Shown: positions 42,537 to 54,943, counted from the stretch's first letter. The stretch is DNA of 64,000 nt from Phallusia mammillata (GCA_965637545.1 OZ281498.1:17794001-17858000); one strand, 5' to 3'. Numbers and translations are program-made. The notes: a model not told the origin generated them from the letters alone.

Positions 42537-42606
42537 ATGCAATGCACAGTAATGAACACTTCGGCCAGTTTTAATCGTTTCAACCAGGTCCAAAGCTCAA
42601 CAAATG
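42537..42606 (+). CDS. Candidate alternative first exon (MQCTVMNTSASFNRFNQVQSSTN)
   Basis: ATG 42537 (or 42552) after an in-frame TAA. Donor ATG|gtaggt in phase 1. Lies downstream of the CpG-rich NRF1/CRE patch at 41.56-41.83 kb. Confidence 0.22.
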
Positions 42607-45289
42607 GTAGGTTTGGGTTCGGTTAAACTTGCTTCTCGAACTTTGGAGCTTGTGGCTAATGGTTTATGCCACATTGTATGTTTTATTCTTGAGATTATGA
42701 ACGTCGTATAATTCCACACGATTATCCATGTTTTTTGGCTCGAGGCGCGAATTCCTGGTGTATGAAACAAAGTGTTGATGTTGCTTCCGAAAATAGGTAC
42801 AAATTCTTTTCACATAGCTGCTTGTTGTGTTGAGCGATATAGCCTACTAGTTTGAAAGCAGGTTATCGAGGACGTGAAAAATCGCCCAACCTTTTCAATG
42901 CGATGCTTAAATGCCAAACCACGGCACCAAATGTATCTTTTATTAGATAAACCTTTATACATATAGAAAAAATTTCTACATATATCGTGTTACCTTTTCT
43001 AATGTACTTAGGTTTTTATAACATGTGTTTTCAAATAATATAAATTTAATAAATCGTTACCCACCAATCCTAGACTTGCTGTTGGCAGACGCAAACCGTT
43101 CTGTAATACTAGTAGTTGTGTAGTATTAGCGTGACGTGGTGAGTCTACATGCTGTTCCTCGAAATTAAAACATAAACAATAGCTGAATAACCTGTCGCTG
43201 TTTATTTTGCTCGGCCCGCCAACATCCGGGTGACTAATCGGATAGCTTTATCGCTATTTCCTGTCCGCACATTCGGGCCACGTGACTAACGCGACGGTCA
43301 CGTGATTACGCGTGCTGAATCGACCAGTTGCGTTTAGTTGCTAAGAAAATCGGCAAAATCTACGCACAAAAATTCCCAAACGAGTTTACTCCGTATAGTG
43401 TTTTATTTTTGGTTTTAAACTGTTTGGATTTCGAATTTTATTTTGTTGTTTCTGTAGCACGTCTATGTGACGTAGACGTAGTGGCAAGTCTCAAAATGTT
43501 TTTTCAACATGAACGATCTTTAAATTCGGTTAAGCGTTTTGAAAAGCGTATCTTGTTGATTTAGTTTTAGTTTTGCTTCTTTGTCGTTGTTAAATAAAGC
43601 ACACCATAGAATGGAAGCTTTTAACACCAAATTAGGTGGTTTGCAAATTAGAATTAAACGCCCATTCCGTTTAGCCCACTTTTTGCAAGTAAAAAAAACT
43701 TTTCGTTTTCACAATTCTATATGCATTAATATTTTTGCAGCAATACAGCAAAAACTATTCCATTACAACCTTTGCCAAGGCCTTTCTATACCAAGCCCCG
43801 ACTATACTGATGTGTTCACAACACGTTGCGTAAGCCCTCCCTCTGTTGTGATTATTACGACACAGCCAGTGATTGTTGCACGACACGTGATCAATCGTTT
43901 CCGTGTGTGACGTCAGCACCGGATAGTAATTATCCTGTCCCGGCGCGCCAGCCCTTTTTATGAATGAACGCTGCCTGGGAGCCGGGTGATTTAGCACAGC
44001 GTGTATGAAATGCGTGATTTGTGAATGAATGAATTGGCAATTTTTTTGTGAATGAATGATCGGTGCATTGTGTGAGAACAATGGACGTGTCGTGATTTGT
44101 ATCCCCTAAAAATCGTTTGATGGAGCCGTTGGAGTTGGACCAATAAAGCTATGTGATGAAAATATAAACATCCGCTTTTAAGGCCAAGCTGATTTACTTG
44201 TTGAGGGTTATGATACATTAAGTTTGTTTATGCCTTAATTTTCACATGAAATACAAAATGCAATTCATTGGAGTGGCTGATGCTTTTAAACGTGCCTTTT
44301 GATCACAAACTGCTTAACGAACAAAGCTGTGCAAAAAGGTAGCATAAATTATGTCAACATCATGCTTTGGTAGTCCAAAGGAAGTTGTGCAAATCGCGTC
44401 CTCTGAAAACGACCGTTATTACGTCATACACGAAAGGACGCGGCGTTGTCATAGCAGCGATTTGCGCTCAAATCGTGCGATTGCTTGTTAATTGCGTGTG
44501 CACATTTACTGAGCTTCCGCACTTGTTAGAATTTTTGTGTCACTTTTTGTGGGGAACCTGTTTTGGCCTCTCACACCACCTGCAACTTTTTGTTTTCGAG
44601 CTTTTGTCTTCAGTACAGCAGCCTTTGCACCTCTTACGCCTGCCTTTGGCAACTTGCTGATATACGAGACTAAGCGTGCCCTCGACTAACTTTTTGAACC
44701 TTACAAAACTCTTTTATACTGGTTAGTGTTTTTTATAGATAATTCAAATGCATTTCTGGTAAGGATAGGCAAAAAAATAAAGTTAAAAATGTAATAAACA
44801 TTTAAATTAGGCCGTTTTTTCGGTAAAACCTTGCAGATTATGAATCTCTTTAATTAGTTTTGCTTGTCTATTTTTGTTGTACTTGTTTTAGCTCTGTTTG
44901 ACGCGAGGAGTTTTTTAGTTTAGCGGCCTTTTTTTAGCACTAGTGGTTCGGTTTTGGCAAAACTAATCGAAAACAGATATTAGTAGCAGGGTGGAGGGCG
45001 TCGAGTCAGATAATGATCACGCAATACACATGTCAAGCATCCGGTCTTAGCTGTCAATCAAAACGCAGAAATTGTCAGACGCTTCTTCCTCTACTGGGAA
45101 CGTTGCACCTATTTGCTAGAACCAGTTAAATTAAACGAAGCCAATTGAAAGAGAAATTACCATTAGCTGTGTTGTGAATATCGGTCACGTTATTAACGCG
45201 TCGGCATTGCTAGCCAAATTCTGACCCCAGACTTAGGACACACTTCTGGGCCCAACCGGACTTGTATGTCACGATTTCGTGACTGTAGC

Positions 45290-45550
45290 GCGCTTGACCA
45301 ATCCCCACACTCACTTGTGATTGGGTAGTTATGATATGACGCGCCGCCCATTGACAATTTTTCAGCGTTTTTTTTTGTTACTCCCTTCAGTACCCGTTTC
45401 GTCAGATGACAGATAAGGCGGTTTTAAAGTCTCAGCTGCAGTCATTTGCTATGTAGCACACGTCCAGGTGGTAAACAAAGGAGTATTCGTCGCATTTTTC
45501 TTGGAGTTCGTCAGCAGGGTCAAACGAGGCTTAAATCATCGGATGCGAGG
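45290..45550 (+). promoter_or_regulatory. Candidate internal promoter and 5' exon
   Basis: Opposed CCAAT boxes (GACCAATC, GATTGG), TGACGC and GCCGCCC, ending at the consensus donor at 45550. Confidence 0.4.
45543..45549 (+). CDS. Candidate alternative first exon end (ATG CGA G|gtgagt; Met-Arg)
   Basis: Perfect consensus donor GAG|GTGAGT at 45550, in phase 1 relative to the ATG at 45543. Preceded by CCAAT boxes and a GC box at ~45295-45350. Confidence 0.35.
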
Positions 45551-48474
45551 TGAGTAGGAATACGAATTTGCTGCGCAAACATATTTTTTGTCAGTAGCGT
45601 GCTTGCGTCGCGTCGACGACGACATCTGCTTGTTTAATATTTGATGCGGAGGTAGAATCCCATGAGAGGTTGTGTTTTGTCAATGGGGTCGCGTCCTTCC
45701 AGCTTGCGTTGTTTTGAGCTGTACTGACGTGAGGGTGGCCACCATTTCCGATTTAATCTGCTGAGGCAAAAAGGTGTCGAAAATCGACTGTATATGTATT
45801 TTAGTTATTTATCTACAGCATCTTATATGTAACAGCCATATTGTGTCGTGATTAATCCTGTTTACAGTAGCACTTGTTGCAAATCCACCCAAAACGTTTT
45901 TTGGGGCGTTTGTTTAAACATTTTTTCGCTAAAATTGCTGGTACAGGATACTCAATTGCTCTCAAAAAGCACGTTTAAGTTTAACAGACCATGCTTAAAA
46001 TTTCATGCAAAACTAAAACTGGGATCGGCTCTGTTTAAAAAAATGCATTTGCAACGATTGTTAATTTCTGGTCATTATGGATCTTGTACTTATAACATTG
46101 GTCGTGACGTAGGAATTTTATGGTATATTTCATATACGGTAAAACAGACTGTACAAAAACCCTTCAACGACGCCCATTTTGTCGCTGTTTTTATAGCTGT
46201 CGAGCTGTCGTAAAATATCCTGTGACTCACAAATTTTGACCTCGCGTATGCCGACCCTTGCTTAGTTTAAATTAAAACAAACGTAAATCCATTTCACCTA
46301 TCGTGAGAAGACCGTGCGTTTTTCAGCTTGTCCTATCGATTTTAGGCCGTAAAACTTTGCGCTGACGTCAAAATAGTCGTTTCGCTGACGTCCAATGGTC
46401 GTTTTCAAATGCGACAATCGCCTTGTCTGGCGCATTGTTTCCACCAACCCAGACACTAGAACATTGTGCGTTAGATCATAAACGATATGTTAAGGCCAGT
46501 GGCCGCAGTGCCATGACCTTTTAAGCCAAAACCTTTGTTAGATCGTCGCCTTTACCTTGTTTGGACCGATAATAACTCCTAATTTGTACTTTTGCGCTCT
46601 AAAATTCATGTGAGTTTTGGAGAAGGGATATAGTGACATTACTTTTTTGGCGTGGTAAAATGCCCAGAAATTATGTTTTTCAATCTGATGTAATGTCTGG
46701 ATGCCTTATCTTTTGAGTTGTTTATAGGTCAATCTACCGCTTTGTTAATATTGAGGTCAATTTACAAATAAAGAAGTTATACAAACATGATTCATGCGGA
46801 CTAAAGTTACAACATTTAATGTGAAAGCTTAGCAACACCAATTAGGATTCCAAACGAAGCCCTTAACTTCGTAAGCTATTTAATAGAAAAAATATTTTTT
46901 ATGCTGAAAAATCTTTTGTTCAAAAGCAGTAAAAGAGGGAAATGCTTTTGAAGTTTGCTATTATGATTTTATCGCACTTCTTACTTAAAAATGAGGACAA
47001 AAAAAACATTTTTAGTGAACATAAATTAGTTGAGAAAACATATCTGATTGTAACATTTCTTGAAGTGTTCCATGTTTAATATTTGGAAAGCGTAATTACA
47101 ATTCTTCCAACGTTTTCCGTTGTTTAAGAGTTTGTCATGAATCAACAAAAATTTATAGGAAGTTAGTCATAAAATTGTTTTATATTGAGCATTCTAAATT
47201 AGCTTATTTTCGTTTTATGACTTTACACATCATTTGTCTGTCTGTAGCACTTTAATAGCGTTTTGTTCTTGTGGAAATTGATGTTATTCGTGCGATTTAG
47301 GAATTCAAAACGTCACAATTTCCAATTTTGTCATATGATAATGGAATATGAAATTGGAACTAGTCATTATGGTAATTAAAGTGTTGCTGCTAAATGAAAC
47401 ATTTGTTACTAAAAAAGGATCTTATTTGTAATAAAGTCAGAATAACTGTTTTAGTGTGGGTTATAAATTTCCTTTGTGTGGTGGTCGTCGCTTTATTAAT
47501 CTTATTGTACAATTGGTCGTACTAAATCCGTTAGCATTTACGCTGATTTTGTTGTAACTTGGTGTTATTGTGAAGAGTTTTTACAAGCAAAATATTTGTT
47601 TAAAAGTATCTGCTACCAGCTGGCTTTTTATTGTTGATTTAATGGCTCATCTTAGAAAAATGCGAAATCGCTCACCTACTATTCATGTCTGTGTTGACGA
47701 ACTGCGATGACCGGTTTGTGTAAATATTGTGCAGAAGCTTTGAAATCCAAAACATCATCTTTGATTTTTTTGTCTTTTTATACTTGCGTTAGGTCACGTA
47801 TAGTTATTTGTTTGCTTATCTTAAAAACTAGCACTGGTATTTCTAGCTGATTCCAAAGGTTGACAGTGCTAAACTGGTTTAAAAGCCATTGCGCGCGTAC
47901 AAACTTAACGATAATCCTATTCTCATACAAATAGGTATCAACAGACTTAACATCCTGGCCAAAGAAACGCAAGCGCAATGTATAGGCAATACTTATCCAC
48001 TCGCGTTTCCCACATTTGGCTTGTTTTTCTCGAAAACTAGCGACCGAACAAGCTATGGCAATGTCCACAATCCTTTAATCTACCTTCTATTCACCCACTG
48101 TTGTGAGACTATTTATAGAAATCTCGTTCCAAAAACGTGTGTAACAAACCACGGAAACTACAAGCATTTGCCGCGCTGTTTATTGCTGTGCAAGTCATGG
48201 CCCTGCATTAAACCCAGGATGCATCACATTTGTCGCCCATTAATCGCCTAAACAACGCGCCGTCGTTGTCGACAAATTGGCTCTAGTGAGAAAATCGCTT
48301 AACAGGGCTTTGTGGCTACGCCGTTTAGTCGCAAATGAACCCGGGTTCTTACGAAACCTTAACTTGGCACGATTACTCAACGTGCGAGATCGTCTCAAAA
48401 AGAGCTTTACGGATAATGCCTTGATGCCTCGTCGGTTCTGTGTAGGATTCATCTCTTGAGTTTCGCATTCAAGC

Positions 48475-48975
48475 ATCGGACCAATCGCAGCTCACCAGTG
48501 TGGGCGTTCCCCTTGACGCGCTCCACTGACTTTCGCACGTGATTGACATCATAAGAAAACATTTCTGCAGACGGCCCACAAACTGAACCGCAATGCCCTG
48601 CAGGATATTCCCCATATTTCAGTGCAATTTGTCAGCGAAGAGCATTGCATCAGCAACACGTACCCGAAAACTCCTATAGCAGTGACGTTATACGCGAGAA
48701 ATCTCCCCTTCTGACAAAAATAATCGAATGCAAGTTCCTTTCCCCCGAATGTCACTTAGTTTCGAATCTGTGTAGCACTTTTCCGGTTTACGACCCGCGC
48801 CGTTAACCTCCTGACGTCACCTAGGGGGTCCTGTGACGTCGCATCGTCACGTGACATCCGACGTGTACTGGAGAATGTTGTTTTGCAGGCGGCTCTCCTA
48901 TTGCGTGTAACCTTGCTGTTTACTCAAGCTGAAAGGCAAACACGTTCCGTTTCAGGTTGCAGATCACGTGACTGT
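48475..48975. promoter_or_regulatory. CRE/E-box/CCAAT cluster
   Basis: GACCAATCG, GCACGTGA, TGACGTCA at 48812, GTCACGTGAC at 48847 and ATCACGTGAC at 48964. Confidence 0.45.
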
Positions 48976-51899
48976 GCCGTAAATAGCCTTTTACCTGGAA
49001 TCGCGAGTTCGTCTTGGTTAACGATTCAACTTTGCTCTTGCGGGTTTGGTCGCTTCTTGGCCTCGCAGAAATGTTTGTGTGTTGAAGCCCTTTACGATAT
49101 TTGATCTTTTGCACACTTACGCTGTGCCGCGTGAACTCGGAAAAATCTTGTTTTGTATCGAAAGCCTTTCACAACGAGTGGGGCTGCGTTTGCTTTAGAG
49201 TACTGTGTATATATTGCTGTACAATTTTTTTAATTTTAAAATCGACCTACAAAATATCATTTTGTCAAAAACATCTGCAGACATTTCAGATTTTAAATGA
49301 CCTTGTTTAAACGTTGAAATGGGCTTGTAGTTTCCTATCAATATTTTAGTTTTTTCGACGAAGGTTCCTGCAAGTCTTTTTGTGACTGTTTTGTTACGTT
49401 TGAGCTTCAGTTCGGTTATGTGATCTATGACATGTTACCAGCGATCAGGGTCGCATCAATGCCCAAAAACGTTTTCTAGTGTTACAAAATTGCACGTTAT
49501 TTTGAACAACAAAGACAAACAAAGTGCGTACAAGTGTTGGCAAATAGTCATGTGACCAAAGACGTTGCGTCAATATTTGCCACGTCAGAGGTCGACTCCT
49601 AATCGGGAACCCAAGTGAGAAAATCCTTACTTAAACAATCGACACTTCATCGCCTACTACACCTTTAGTGTTTAAAGCGTTTCGCACTAGCTACTGTCAA
49701 AGGCGTTAACCCTAGCGCCGAAAACCGGCTTTTTGCCTTATCTGTTATCACTGCTAGATAGCATGTGCGTAGGAAGAGCACAATGTATGGCGTTGTACGT
49801 TCCCAGTTCCTTTTAATACGATGCCAGTGATTGTTTAGTCGAACTCGCGCTTTTCCCTTATCTCTGGTCTCTTCTACGCTCTCGTTTATTGGCCTAGTTT
49901 GATTTTTTGGTGGAAACATTTTCGTTGATCAAAATCGAAAGTGACTTACCTTTAAAAAAAAGATGAAGCTTCTATCAAGTTTATAGATCATTTAAACTTT
50001 CTCTATGATTTTCTTTTTGCGAGAAAAAAATTTGTGACAAGATACTAATGTGACTTTGTGCGTATACAATTTTAAACGCATTTACAAATAAGCAAATTTG
50101 TGCTTTTTTGCCATTTAAAAATAGCAAAACTGGACCGTTCAGTCAAGCAAAACCGGTGGAATAGGTAATATCCGTTGATTTTCAGACAGTGCCTTCCATC
50201 GGAAATGCCTCGGCGGCTAAAATGGCTCGAATACCCCTAAAATTCTATTTGTTGTGTTATTGTCTGATATGTGCTCTGTAAACTGGTTAAAATTCGTGGT
50301 AAATACGCATCGAGCAGTTTCGAAAATATTTCTGAAAATATGATTTGTTGTTATGTGCGATTGGGCGATCACATGGTACGACGAAACATTTCTCCTCTCG
50401 TTGGCTGGTGCGTTACGTCATTATGACGTCAGAAGTAGCCCCTCTTCAATTTTGCGGTTTCGCAATTTTACGTGCACAAATGGGAATGCACTGAAAATAT
50501 ACGGCCCAATACAGATTTGTGCGACTTATATAGACATGGGCCGACGCGTCACAATTTGTTATTGTGTCACATTGCTAAAATGCAAGAATAAGTGTTTGTT
50601 CTATACCCAGAACAGTGTGGCAAAATACTCCGTAAAATCGCTTATATTTTTCCAAGTGTGTATTTCAAGCAACTCGTTAGTTTGTTTTCATTCAAAGCTG
50701 GTTAGCAAGGTACCTAATTCTTCCAATCAGACGCAATGACGCAATTCATACCCTAATTTTTCTTCAGCATGTTAATTTAACTGAAGCTATACCCACTTTA
50801 GTACGTTGATTCTTGTTGCATTGTCGATAAACTAGTGGAAACTTCAACCTTTTCACGAACTCCCACCAAAAAAGCATGCTACCTCACACAATGTTTTGTC
50901 CATTTATCAACGTTTTGTATGCGTAGAGTCTAACCCGATAAACCAACTGCGGTATGACGTGAGGCAGGAATTAAATTCCCGTTAAATAATTAACTTTAGT
51001 TTTTTTCCGGCATAATTAACCGCAAATTTATTTGATTTTTGTATTTCGTGGTCGCTCTAGTTGTACCTGACTTCCTGTCCTTACATACGAAAATCAAAGA
51101 ATGTTAAATTCGCATCTAGGGACTTGTGATTGACGGCGTTTGTGTATTTTTCATCAAATGGGCTTTTTCTCTTATTTGAAGCTGGATTCGACATTTCAAA
51201 CACGGAAGCCAACCTCTTTCGTCATACAGTTGTCGGATTTAATGTACTAAAAATGTAACCTTATGCAAGTCCTGACGACGGTTTCCAATTACGCACTTAT
51301 TCCAATCAGGTAGTGACGTCATGTTGCGCTTATGACGACACACTCCCGCCTTAAGTCTCGAAAGGGAAGTAAGACTATTCGGTCATTGCGGGAAAATTAC
51401 ACTTTCGTTTGTTGAGCAAAAAATCCCGCCTATGATGAGTAACTAGAGTAAGTACAAGGACGCGGTTCTTTTCTCCATTTCGGTATAACAAGGCACAAGT
51501 GCGGGGCGTAGGCGTATGTGTAACTTTTCTGTGTGTATTCGTCTCATTTATGAAGACAATGAATCAGAATTTTATAAAAGATTTTCCACTTTAGAAATCA
51601 CGTTTACTAAACCACTGACTTTTTCACGGAAAGTTATCAACGTTAATTTTTACGTATTACTACTAGGTGATACGACTTTTAATGAAGACTGGGCGTAATC
51701 CATACTTTCACCATTCTCCGACGCATAAAACACAATAAAAAATAAAATTATAGATATTTTGGTACCAATTTCTACGGTAACAGCATGTGTTTCTGGTTTA
51801 ACGAAAGTGTGCTTTAAAAACTCGTGTATTTTAGCCAGAATCGCTGCAACTTGGGCAAAATCGCATTAACATTGAAAAGCGATGGAACCTCGCAGAAAA

Positions 51900-52120
51900 C
51901 GAATCGCTACCGAAAAAATGGTCCTATAAGACCGAGCCATTTTCCTTGTCCTCGCGTTTGACCAGCAGAAGGTGGTGTGTGTGCGCGCGCCATGGCGCAT
52001 GTGCACGCGTGTGTCGACGCACGCCCTTTTTTTTCCCTCACCGGACGTCGTCATTGAAAGAGGCGGGCACTGGGCTTCGGTGCTGGATATAAGGCTTTGC
52101 TGGGCTGTGAAGGCTAGGTT
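51900..52120 (+). promoter_or_regulatory. Candidate internal promoter just upstream of the ACK C-terminal exon block
   Basis: GC-rich patch with GCGCGCGCCATGGCGCATGTGCACGCG (NRF1-like), a GC box AGGCGGGC near 52063 and a TATA-like GATATAAGG at 52086. Confidence 0.45.
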
Positions 52121-52635
52121 ATTCTTACCGGTCTCTTGTCCGCGACCATCAAGTCTTAGGTTTGTTCATTGTAAGGCTTTGTATTGTATTGGCGCGACGC
52201 AGAGAGCATTGAAATTGGGTTTGGCATGCGGAATTGCATTACTCGCGGATTTTATTGGCGTTGATGTATCAGCTCGACAGGGCGATGACGTTGGATTATT
52301 GCGTTATTGGACAGCAGTTAGCCGTTAGTGTCGAACCCTAATTCCGGTTCAAGACCCAAAAATTGCGTTTTTGCCTTAGAGGACGAAACATGCAGGTTTA
52401 AAAAGGTTTAAGTAACAGTGTTTAACTCAAGTTTCTTTGTTCTGTCTATTTTCCTTTTGGAATCAATTGGTAACGGATATATATGTGATTATGTGTTGTT
52501 TTGAAACAGGCTTTACATACATAAGATAGGAAAATTAGCCTTAGTGACGCCAAATGCTGTGGCAAACTGGAGTGTACAGTGCCAAATTGTCTTGTGAAGT
52601 CGGTCGGGTGCTATACACCAACTAACACACCGAAA

Positions 52636-52684
52636 ATGAAGCTCAAAACTATGTACGCTTGCCTTAACCGAAGAAGTACCACTG
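52636..52684 (+). CDS. Candidate alternative first coding exon (MKLKTMYACLNRRSTT) for a kinase-less ACK isoform
   Basis: aaaATG at 52636 with an in-frame stop upstream at 52522. Donor CTG|gtaggt in phase 1 lies 252 nt before the phase-1 acceptor at 52937. There is a good acceptor ttttgaaacag| at 52509 and a promoter-like patch at 51.9-52.1 kb. Confidence 0.45.
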
Positions 52685-52936
52685 GTAGGTAAACGAGCGG
52701 AAGCTATAACGCCTGGACTGTTGTATTTACTGTAGCCAGCTGATTCAACTGTGTGCTACACATGCGACTATTTAAGGCGATTTAGGGAGGTGTTTTTTGT
52801 TGTTAAAAGATTGCGTTGTGGTTGTTTTGAGTCGTTGACTGATGGTGTGTTGCTGAAATAGGTTGTTTTAAGTTGGTGTGCTTTAAAACTTGACAGGTGT
52901 TTAGATTCGGTTTTCACACTTTGTTTTGTTTTGTAG

Positions 52937-53018
52937 AGACACCCTTTGAACCCAGCGACAAAAAATCTTATCAACAAACTACCAAGTTACAAAAGCCTAA
53001 CAAAAAGGCCGCATTCAG
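52937..53018 (+). CDS. TNK2: ACK-like kinase, first exon of the C-terminal block
   Basis: Acceptor ttgttttgtag| and donor cag|gtaagc. 82 nt, phase 1 in and phase 2 out, translating (E)TPFEPSDKKSYQQTTKLQKPNKKAAF(R). It links the reading frame to exon 53098. Supported by splice signals and phase, not by homology. Confidence 0.8.
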
Positions 53019-53097
53019 GTAAGCCATTTAGTTAAATATTATCAAAATAAAATATACTTCAATAAACAAATATTTAATCATACAAATGTGCTTACAG

Positions 53098-53333
53098 GCC
53101 AAAGTGGCAAACGCCCTCAAAGTCCAAAACAGCGACTAAGAACGAAGACGACGATAGTACCCCGCCTTCGGATCTCCACTCTCCGCCGGCAAACTCACCT
53201 CAGATCCCCGCACAAGTCGATACACGAACCCGATCTAAGTCGGCCCGCTTACCCCTGCCGGCGAGTTGCCAGACCACTGGTGGATCAGCCCCTACCTCTC
53301 CTTCCGCCATCTTGGATCGGCGGTCTCTTCCAG
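53098..53333 (+). CDS. TNK2: ACK-like kinase, Pro/Ser-rich exon
   Basis: cttacag| ... cag|gtaaat, 236 nt. The frame PKWQTPSKSKTATKNEDDDSTPPSDLHSPP...ILDRRSLP is open with phase 2 in and phase 1 out. This is a different frame from the ORF-track call at 53088. Confidence 0.85.
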
Positions 53334-53422
53334 GTAAATTTTTAAACCAACCCTAATCTCTTTAAGTTGTCAGTAAGTTTTTGCTAAGGAATCTTTAATA
53401 ATGTGTTGTGTTGTTACGTCAG

Positions 53423-53544
53423 GTGAACTGCCTTCCCCTATCAAGCCGTTGGACAGTATGGCAAACCCCTTTGGCTCGATGCCAGAAGTTCGAACGGACG
53501 AAAATTGCAATAGAGAATGGAAACACACGTTCGACAAATCACAG
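53423..53544 (+). CDS. TNK2: ACK-like kinase exon containing an NPF motif
   Basis: tacgtcag| ... cag|gtagaa. Translates (G)ELPSPIKPLDSMANPFGSMPEVRTDENCNREWKHTFDKSQ. Phase 1 in, phase 0 out. Confidence 0.85.
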
Positions 53545-53659
53545 GTAGAAACACCTGCCAGTTGCACTGCAATATACTTAACTAAAAACTCGAAACAATA
53601 AAGTTACTCGAAACCCGCTTTTGTGTATACTTTACTAAAAGCGATGCATGTATCTACAG

Positions 53660-53771
53660 GACAGTCCACCCTTCGTTGCATCTTTTCCTCGATACGATCC
53701 AGTGGCTCCTGACCCGGTGACACGTGATGACGTGTTCTCACGAAGTTCTCCTACCTGGTCAAACGGTGGAG
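53660..53771 (+). CDS. TNK2: ACK-like kinase exon with YDPV motif
   Basis: tctacag| ... gag|gtcagt. Translates DSPPFVASFPRYDPVAPDPVTRDDVFSRSSPTWSNGG; YDPV resembles ACK1 TYDPVSED. Phase 0 in, phase 1 out. Confidence 0.87.
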
Positions 53772-53965
53772 GTCAGTATAATACAATTCTGACATATATA
53801 ATAACTTCTTGTCTGGGCAAAATACTGATTCGAACGATTGGATTTTTTAAAATACACAGAGATTTTAGTATGTAAACTATGTATTAAGTGAATTAACTAT
53901 TTGTGTCTTTCTCATATTGGTAAAATTGGCATTGTTAATCAATTAAAACCTTGTGTCTTCAACAG

Positions 53966-54735
53966 CTGACAACTCGTGGGATAAACGGTTTCCAACTAGC
54001 GTGGGCGAATCCGATGACGGGACGGTAAAACTACTGAAAGCCCTTAAGCTAAGTTCTCTTCAACAACAAGCAATGAAAGACTCACAGTCATCGCCCGCCC
54101 AGCAATTTGGTGGTGACGAGTTTGAGGACTTAAAAAACGAGATGATGAAACAATACGGTTTTGTCGGCCTACAAGGCGCCGTGGCGTTTGCGCCTCGTAC
54201 CGAATCAGGCGCTACAATGGATAGTTTATCATCGATGTCTTCATCCACATCAAGCCTCGTTACATCGTCTGCTGAACGAACCGCGGCGCCTTTTGAGCCC
54301 GTAAGGACATTTTGCGATGAACACAAGTCCACCGTCACTACCTGGTCAACTGATTTTCAAACTGACTCACATGCGCCATCAAGTGCCGCGATCCCTCGCC
54401 GGGCGTTTTCGACGTCCGCAAAGGAAGTAAAATGGAGCGAAATTCCTCCTTTAATCCCTCCGCGGGAGCCGGTACGTCATCCCCGGAGCTCTCCACCTCA
54501 GCGTCACTCTTCCACTCCGTCGCCTACGTCAACGTCACCCGTAACCATGGGAACAAAGACTCCCTCTCCCGTACCACCGACGTCAAGACCGAAATACCAG
54601 ACGCAGTCGTCGACCACCACTGTGTTTTCGGCCCTTCCTCCTAGCATGACCAGCTCAAACCCGGTTATCCTACCTATTATGAAGGATGGGAAGCAGGAAA
54701 GCCACACGCATTACTATCTCCTACCTGAAAGCAAG
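53966..54735 (+). CDS. TNK2: ACK-like kinase, large exon with the MIG6-homology (EGFR-binding) region
   Basis: caacag| ... aag|gtaaat, 770 nt open. Contains PPLIPPREP (54445-54471) and ILPIMKDGKQESHTHYYLLPE (54667-54729), matching ACK1/MIG6 PPxVPPREP and CILPIxxxGKKVSSTHYYLLPE. Confidence 0.95.
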
Positions 54736-54943
54736 GTAAATTTAGGTTTACCAGTTTGAAGTTTGCAAATTTTGCAACTGTGACCTCATGAAAACTGTTT
54801 TTAAGAATTTTTTTTCGTCCAACATGTATCTTAATTTCCGAATTAATCTTTTTTTTTCAAACCCGTGAACCTATTACGGTAATAAAAATGATGCAATTAA
54901 GGGTCAATTTCACTTTTCTAAATTCCTGCTTTGTTTTCAACAG

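Larger units (their letters stand above)
8651..52936 (+). other. TNK2: 44.3-kb phase-1 intron of the ACK-like gene (may contain alternative exons or promoters)
   Basis: The phase-1 donor at 8651 matches the phase-1 acceptor ttttgtag| at 52936. I found no convincing constitutive coding exon between them. Confidence 0.7.

Noticed and set aside
15205-44060. Short local duplications (84-117, 9256-9279, 15205-15270, 22068-22104, 27518-27535 (TA)n, 44018-44060)
   Set aside because: These are ordinary slippage repeats with no further structure.
53088-53345. ORF-track frame MLTGQSGKRPQ... as the ACK exon frame
   Set aside because: Splice phases of the flanking exons require the other open frame (PKWQTPSK...).
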